DNA of 20,000 bases from an uncultured virus (IMG/VR IMGVR_UViG_3300046782_000829) (lineage: Duplodnaviria > Heunggongvirae > Uroviricota > Caudoviricetes): the IMG/VR virus record IMGVR_UViG_3300046782_000829, one strand, 5' to 3'. The translations under genes were made by a program, and so were the position numbers. The notes beneath the pieces were generated by a model. That model saw only the letters and a program-made list of their open reading frames with translations, had not been told where the DNA came from and made no database searches. Shown here one piece after another: positions 15,160 to 20,000 of this stretch (position 1 is the stretch's first letter; the number at the start of each line of letters is the position of its first letter).

Positions 15160-15333
15160 CTAGGCACCGAACCAGAAAGCTAACTTCCGCACGTACACCC
15201 ATCCGGCGTTGTCGACGATCGCGCGATCGTACTGGTCCTCGATCGCGAGCACCGGTAGGGCACTCGGGGCGAGGCGAGCCGGGTCCTCCGGCATCTCCTG
15301 CGTTTCGTGGCAGATGACGTTAGCTTCGTCCAT
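15160..15333 (-). CDS. Hypothetical small protein (57 aa)
   Basis: Manual translation MDEANVICHETQEMPEDPARL...WVYVRKLAFWFGA. Confidence 0.45.
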   Translation of the reverse strand: MDEANVICHETQEMPEDPARLAPSALPVLAIEDQYDRAIVDNAGWVYVRKLAFWFGA

Positions 15334-15369
15334 CGACTCGTTCCCCGAGCACGCCAGGAAGATAACGCG

Positions 15370-15624
15370 CTACGCCCCGTAGGTCCCGTGGACGACAACC
15401 AGTTTCGCGCCGTCGGGATGTCGGATGACACGCCGGACGCAGCACCGGAGCTGGCAGAGCCGACACGCCGGGTCCGTGAACGCGCACGGAGTGACGAAGC
15501 CAGCGGTCGGGCCCGCGTAGAGATTCCAGTTGTGATCGGTCTCCCGGACGTCGACGATCGGAAAGACCTCGACGAGGTCGGGTTGGACGCGCTCCCGGTA
15601 CCCGGGGCCGAGATCGAAGATCAC
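15370..15624 (-). CDS. Cys-rich hypothetical protein
   Basis: C....PACRLCQLRCC; coupled to the upstream ORF. Confidence 0.5.
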   Translation of the reverse strand: MIFDLGPGYRERVQPDLVEVFPIVDVRETDHNWNLYAGPTAGFVTPCAFTDPACRLCQLRCCVRRVIRHPDGAKLVVVHGTYGA

Positions 15625-15857
15625 TACGTCTTTTCCGGGACGATGACAGAACGAACCTTAGGGGCCGACGTAATCCGGAGCCTAATGCCCTGTCGCGCGA
15701 AGGCGTCCGCCATCCCGTGGAGCTTGTCGACTACTTCTCGTGCCGCGACCCGATAGACCTCGCTCATCTTCTCATCGCCCGACCAGGGCTGTTCGAAGTC
15801 GACCTCGATCTCGAGCGCTACGACCGCAAAGCCCTTCGTTTTGACTTCGTCACTCAT
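15624..15857 (-). CDS. Hypothetical protein
   Basis: ORF track; globular composition. Confidence 0.65.
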   Translation of the reverse strand: MSDEVKTKGFAVVALEIEVDFEQPWSGDEKMSEVYRVAAREVVDKLHGMADAFARQGIRLRITSAPKVRSVIVPEKT

Positions 15858-15872
15858 GGGGTCCGATGACGC

Positions 15873-16058
15873 CTACTCGTCGGGTTCTTCAAAAAGTTCG
15901 AACTCGTATGGGGAGCGATCTACCCAAGCGATGGCAGCATCCTCCGCTAATTCCTTCGATGCGTAGCGACCATCAAGCACGATAGTACTACCGTCGAAGC
16001 AACCCTGGAAGTCTTCCCCGCAGCAATCTCGGCACCAACCTCGTATCCGCCACATCAT
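15873..16058 (-). CDS. Hypothetical protein
   Basis: ATGA overlap; CRDCC. Confidence 0.6.
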   Translation of the reverse strand: MMWRIRGWCRDCCGEDFQGCFDGSTIVLDGRYASKELAEDAAIAWVDRSPYEFELFEEPDE

Positions 16059-16255
16059 TCATCGCCCTGTCGGAACGGATGACGGGTGAAGGTCCCGAGC
16101 ACGACCATAAGCCCGTACCCGACGATCGCGGCCATCGCGGTCAGGGCCCACTCGCGCCCTGCCCCCTCGCGGAAGATACCGGGACCCGATACCGCGGCGC
16201 CGGCGAAGAACCCGTAGAGGAACCGTCCTCCCGGCCAGTGACGTGTCGGCCTCAT
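16055..16255 (-). CDS. Small two-TM membrane protein
   Basis: Two hydrophobic segments; ATGA overlap. Confidence 0.55.
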   Translation of the reverse strand: MRPTRHWPGGRFLYGFFAGAAVSGPGIFREGAGREWALTAMAAIVGYGLMVVLGTFTRHPFRQGDE

Positions 16256-16656
16256 ATCGTGTCTCCGTGCTCGTCGAGCAAACCAAGCGCCGTAAAGGCA
16301 TATCGTAGGTCGGATGAGAATCCCGATGTCGCGACGAGCTCAGACGGCCGTAGCCACGCGAAGCTCGTTCCCTCGAGTCCACCGTCGGGTTCACGATCGA
16401 GCCCATAGACACGAAAGTACCACACGTAAAGACTCGCCGACTCAAGGCGACCTAACGCCCGCACAACCTGGGTGCTCAGAACCGGGTTCGCTCCCGTTTC
16501 CTCGTAGAGCTCACGCGCAACGGCGGTCTGTTCGGCCTCCCCTGGCTCGACCTTCCCACCCGGTAGGCCGAACGTCCCGTAGGTTCGGTTCCAGACGCAC
16601 AAGATACGGCCGGGATGCCGGACGTCCGTCACGATCGCGAGCGCTGCCGTCGTCAT
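16252..16656 (-). CDS. Nudix hydrolase
   Basis: Nudix box GGKVEPGEAEQTAVARELYEETG. Confidence 0.9.
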   Translation of the reverse strand: MTTAALAIVTDVRHPGRILCVWNRTYGTFGLPGGKVEPGEAEQTAVARELYEETGANPVLSTQVVRALGRLESASLYVWYFRVYGLDREPDGGLEGTSFAWLRPSELVATSGFSSDLRYAFTALGLLDEHGDTI

Positions 16657-16859
16657 AGCCGTAACCGATCGAGCCCATCCCGGATCTTCCCGTGGCGGCG
16701 CATGTCTTGTTCGTTCCACCGAGCGTCTGTCTCGCGATACCGGAGCTCGATCCAGACCCACTCCTGCTCCGTCAGGCCGTCGGCCCCCACTTCCTCGAAT
16801 CGCCGGAACGCTGCCTCTACCTCATGGCGATGCTGTCCGAACCCTCTGCTGTGCGGCAT
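16653..16859 (-). CDS. Hypothetical protein
   Basis: Overlap-coupled on both sides. Confidence 0.6.
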   Translation of the reverse strand: MPHSRGFGQHRHEVEAAFRRFEEVGADGLTEQEWVWIELRYRETDARWNEQDMRRHGKIRDGLDRLRL

Positions 16860-17059
16860 TACCGCGACACCTTTAGGACGATCCGACGATCCTGACAGGC
16901 TCGGATCTCGAGGTGTTCACGGTGCCGGACCGCTCGGTCCGCGCAGGGTCGGCACGACGGGATCGTGGCCGGGATCCCGTTGGTCGAGATCGGCACCTTC
17001 AGATCGACAAGTGCGTCGCAGAAGTAGCAGCCGTTCCGGCGCCCGGTCCCGTCCTTCAT
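16859..17059 (-). CDS. Small zinc-finger protein
   Basis: CYFC...CRPC; ATGA overlap. Confidence 0.55.
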   Translation of the reverse strand: MKDGTGRRNGCYFCDALVDLKVPISTNGIPATIPSCRPCADRAVRHREHLEIRACQDRRIVLKVSR

Positions 17060-17577
17060 CTCGATACCCAACCTTGGTCGGACTTTATCCGAAGCTTGCC
17101 CTCCACCGCGCCGCGCGGCGCGGTGCCGAGGAGTCGGTGAGCGCCGTCGAGCGCCTTCTCGAGCGTCGTGTCGAAGACCCGCCAGACCCCGCGCTTGTCG
17201 GTCGCGGCGAGGTCGACGTAGTAATGGAGCTCGGGTTCCCACGCGACCTCGATGACGGCCGGGTTCCCGACGAAGTAGCGCTCGCGGAACCACTGACCGA
17301 GTCGATACCAATCGTCGATCTGTAAACTCCTCGGGTTCAAAACGCCATCGAACCCGACCTTAACCCCGCGACGGGCGCGGTCGTCAGGACAAACCGAATG
17401 ATGGCACTTTCCGCAGAAAAATGAGTTGGGGTCGAGTACGATATCCGCGGCTCCAAACGGACAGCAGGTCTTTTTTTCCGCGTGAAAGAGACCACCGGCT
17501 TTGAGCCTCCACCCCCGCCGGATCGCGAGCTCGCAGAACGCCTCGAGTTCCCGCCTAACGAGTTCGACCGACTTCAT
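17056..17577 (-). CDS. Hypothetical protein with Cys clusters
   Basis: CCPFGA...CGKC; ATGA overlap. Confidence 0.6.
   Translation of the reverse strand: MKSVELVRRELEAFCELAIRRGWRLKAGGLFHAEKKTCCPFGAADIVLDPNSFFCGKCHHSVCPDDRARRGVKVGFDGVLNPRSLQIDDWYRLGQWFRERYFVGNPAVIEVAWEPELHYYVDLAATDKRGVWRVFDTTLEKALDGAHRLLGTAPRGAVEGKLRIKSDQGWVSR
17102..17125. repeat. GC-rich perfect palindrome, copy C (intragenic)
   Basis: tcCACCGCGCCGCGCGGCGCGGTG, identical to copy B over 24 bp. Confidence 0.85.
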
Positions 17578-17771
17578 CGATGCACCGGCGGATGCGCCTC
17601 GACTGTTTTGATCGCGAACCGCGCATCGCTGAACCACTTATCCTTCTCGTCGTTCGTCAGCGCATCGAACTCACGGAACGAAAGGCCAACTCGCAGAAGT
17701 TGTTCCTGCCACCGTCCGTAAAGCTTCTCCGCAATCTTAATGATCCGTTCTCGTTCTTCCTCACCCATCAC
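17574..17771 (-). CDS. Hypothetical protein
   Basis: GAGG upstream; helical. Confidence 0.65.
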   Translation of the reverse strand: MMGEEERERIIKIAEKLYGRWQEQLLRVGLSFREFDALTNDEKDKWFSDARFAIKTVEAHPPVHR

Positions 17772-17775
17772 GACC

Positions 17776-18123
17776 TCACTTTACCCGCCTGAGATGGCGC
17801 TGCTTCCGTTTCCCGCTTCCGTCGCAGTCCCGGCACAGCACGATCCCGGAGTCGTCCGGGTAACGGCTCGGCCCCTCGACCTCGCCGTCGCCGGCGCACT
17901 TCGGGCAGATCCCGCTCTCAAGCTGCCGCGCCCCCTTCAGCTGTTCGATCTGGTCCGCGAGGTCGTCGAGTTCCCCGTGAAGGAACGCGTCCATGTGCTG
18001 GCCCCGGGCGACGTCGCCCGCGATCTCGAGCAGCGCCCCGTGGAGGCCACTCGACGGGCTGTACTGGTGCGCGCGATCGATCAGGTACGCGAGCGCCGCG
18101 TCCTCTTGTCGAAGTTGACTCAT
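17776..18123 (-). CDS. Protein with a DnaJ-type CxxCxGxG zinc finger
   Basis: CPKCAGDG...CRDCDGSG. Confidence 0.7.
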   Translation of the reverse strand: MSQLRQEDAALAYLIDRAHQYSPSSGLHGALLEIAGDVARGQHMDAFLHGELDDLADQIEQLKGARQLESGICPKCAGDGEVEGPSRYPDDSGIVLCRDCDGSGKRKQRHLRRVK

Positions 18124-18374
18124 TGTTCGTACTGCTTCCGAATCCCGACCCGAAGTTCGGCGTCCGTTTCGTCCGGTAGTCGCGTCAGATAGACGTTTCG
18201 TGCGGTCATCTCGTAGAAGTAGGTTTCGCTTCTGCGGCTGAACCACCATAACCCCCACCCGACGTGCCGCCACCACAACTCCCACCCGACGCACCGCCAA
18301 CCTGGGGACACGAGAGCGTTCCGCGGTCCCCAACCGACCTTCCAAAACGTCGCGATACTTCGGAACGCGATCAC
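18120..18374 (-). CDS. Trp-rich hypothetical protein
   Basis: WKVGW, WRCVGWELW, WRHVGWGLWW repeats; GTGA overlap. Confidence 0.5.
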   Translation of the reverse strand: MIAFRSIATFWKVGWGPRNALVSPGWRCVGWELWWRHVGWGLWWFSRRSETYFYEMTARNVYLTRLPDETDAELRVGIRKQYEQ

Positions 18375-18592
18375 GAGCGTCGCTCCGCGGGGGCCCAGAA
18401 GATTCGCAGGCAGCGATGGCACTTTCCGAACAGGATCGCGAAGTGCTGGGTCGTCGCGACCGTCAGTAGGACGGGGGTTGGGTTCCCGCACCCGCACGCG
18501 ACCGCGCTACCGCGGGCGACCGGTACGATCTCGGTGACCGGATGCGAGGGGGCGAGCTCGCACGCGATCATCTCGGCCAGGATGGCACTCAT
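18371..18592 (-). CDS. Small Zn-ribbon protein
   Basis: CGCG...CHRC. Confidence 0.55.
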   Translation of the reverse strand: MSAILAEMIACELAPSHPVTEIVPVARGSAVACGCGNPTPVLLTVATTQHFAILFGKCHRCLRIFWAPAERRS

Positions 18593-18954
18593 GACGCGTC
18601 CATCCCGACCAGCATCGCGACCCGCTCGTCGTGCCGGAGCTGGTCGACGTACCGACGAGCGCGGGCGTGTTCGGTCAGAAGCGTCGGGGCATTCTCGGCT
18701 AGCACTGCTTCGCGCTGCCTCGCGAGCGCGACCCTAATCCGGGACGCTTCGAGCGCGTGCTCGTAGTACGGGACCCACTCGTCAGTCCCGCGAAACCAGA
18801 ACCCCGGGAACTCGCGAAGCGTCAGCTCAAGTAGGACCGCGAATACCAAGTAGGGGCGTAGGACTTCTTCCCGACAATACTCTCGGGGTCCCGTCACGAT
18901 GATGCGGCCCGTCATCACTTCCGGTAAGACGAGCTTTACGGTTGGGTACGTCAC
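18589..18954 (-). CDS. Hypothetical protein
   Basis: Overlap-coupled on both sides. Confidence 0.6.
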   Translation of the reverse strand: MTYPTVKLVLPEVMTGRIIVTGPREYCREEVLRPYLVFAVLLELTLREFPGFWFRGTDEWVPYYEHALEASRIRVALARQREAVLAENAPTLLTEHARARRYVDQLRHDERVAMLVGMDAS

Positions 18955-19421
18955 TTCCGGCCCCCCTTCGTTACGTTCGGGATCTCGTCCGGCACCCGCG
19001 ACGGGACCGCATCGTCGCCGAGTCCTGCTTGCTCGCGGAACACCTCGAGCACAGCGCCGCCTAGGAACCGGTCCGACGCGATCGCGAGTTCCTCGAAAAA
19101 CTTATCGGGTAGCTGAGCGATACCGAATCGCTCTAACGTCTGCTCAGCAATCAGCTTCGCGGCTACCGCTGAGATCTGGATCGTTTCGGAACTCCCAACG
19201 ACGAACCGCGGTGGTGGTTCTCGTTCGAGCCGGCGCTGCTCCTCGTGGATCTGCATCAGGCAGTACGGGACGAGGTCGATGAGTTCCCGCGCCTCCTGCT
19301 GGAGCGCCGGCAGCTCGCGGTGGTCGGTCGCGGCTAGGAGTCGTTGGAGCGCTGTCGCGAGGGCAGCGCGGATCCGGTTGGCCTCTTGGAACGTGGTCGG
19401 GATCTGGTGTTGTCTAGACAT
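18951..19421 (-). CDS. Hypothetical helical protein
   Basis: ORF track; the start codon overlaps a TGTCTAGACA box. Confidence 0.65.
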   Translation of the reverse strand: MSRQHQIPTTFQEANRIRAALATALQRLLAATDHRELPALQQEARELIDLVPYCLMQIHEEQRRLEREPPPRFVVGSSETIQISAVAAKLIAEQTLERFGIAQLPDKFFEELAIASDRFLGGAVLEVFREQAGLGDDAVPSRVPDEIPNVTKGGRK

Positions 19422-19434
19422 CGTAAACTAGATG
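19411..19434. promoter_or_regulatory. Perfect box plus a decayed second box
   Basis: TGTCTAGACA-tcgt-aaaCTAGAtg. Confidence 0.55.
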
Positions 19435-19480
19435 ACGCATACGGGACCCACCAGCACAGGTAGATCCCGCAGAGTCCCTC

Positions 19481-19726
19481 TCAGAACTGGACTGGGTTCA
19501 CGGGATCGCGAGGCCGCCACCTGACGCAGCATCCGAGTTCACCGACGCTCGGCACGAGATGCACGATCCCTTCTTGGTCCACGATCCGGTGGGTCGTCTT
19601 TCCCACCAATAGGGATTTGGGGTTTTGGATCCTGTAGGTCCTGACGACTAAGTCGACCTGACCGGACCCCGGGATCAGCCACTCGTACTCCCGCCACAAT
19701 TCACTCGAGATATCTTTGGGTTCCAT
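19481..19726 (-). CDS. Hypothetical phage protein
   Basis: AGGAGG SD; beta-rich. Confidence 0.75.
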   Translation of the reverse strand: MEPKDISSELWREYEWLIPGSGQVDLVVRTYRIQNPKSLLVGKTTHRIVDQEGIVHLVPSVGELGCCVRWRPRDPVNPVQF

Positions 19727-19761
19727 CCCGAACCTCCTGGTTCGGGACGAGATGGCGCCCG

Positions 19762-20000
19762 TTACTTCTTTGGAGCGAACAGGGCAGCGTCGATATCGCG
19801 GAGCGTCCTGATGGCGGGTGATTCGGTGCTCACGTACAGGCCGGGGGCCACTTGAGTAGTGCGGGCGAACCGATCGATGCGCGCCAGATAGGTCCGGATC
19901 ACCAAGAGGGCTCGGCGGCAGCCGGTCGAGAGTTCCCGGATTCGGGCGGCCTGGCGGGCGATGATCTGGTCTTGGGCGGTCGTGAGGTTCTGGAGGTCCC
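19762..20000 (-). CDS. Partial CDS (start outside the window), hypothetical
   Basis: Open frame DLQNLTTAQDQIIARQAARIREL...LFAPKK*. Confidence 0.55.
   Translation of the reverse strand, partial: DLQNLTTAQDQIIARQAARIRELSTGCRRALLVIRTYLARIDRFARTTQVAPGLYVSTESPAIRTLRDIDAALFAPKK

Noticed and set aside
1..20000. Apparent abundance of GATC/TCGA/CGCG palindromic words
   Set aside because: Visual impression only; it needs k-mer statistics and may simply reflect host codon usage.

Overview
GC-rich (visually about two-thirds G+C), gene-dense DNA that looks like the early/accessory region of a bacteriophage or prophage. It holds about 55 mostly small ORFs, nearly all on the minus strand and chained by ATGA/GTGA overlaps. 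Recognisable products are a DUF932-family protein, an RpoH-like sigma factor with a degenerate region 2.3, a two-domain DnaN (beta-clamp)-like protein, a lytic transglycosylase/lysozyme-like enzyme on the opposite strand, a Nudix hydrolase, a GNAT acetyltransferase, two adjacent HExxH metalloproteases, a PQ-loop/SemiSWEET-like membrane protein and a ribbon-helix-helix (RHH) protein. No structural, tRNA, rRNA or CRISPR features were seen. The main unexplained structure is a dispersed element built from the palindrome TGTCTAGACA. Five double-box copies (1489, 3563, 4933, 8975, 12473) each read on the minus strand as TAGACA-N16-TAnnnT-N6/7-ATG at the head of a gene block, which fits an operator-overlapped, leaderless sigma70-type promoter. 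Single or degenerate boxes flank the RHH gene, the candidate regulator. The 3-bp spacers between boxes occur as reverse-complement pairs. A second, unrelated perfect palindrome (ACCGCGCCGCGCGGCGCGGT) occurs three times, twice inside ORFs. Protein calls are by eye from motifs; no database searches were run.
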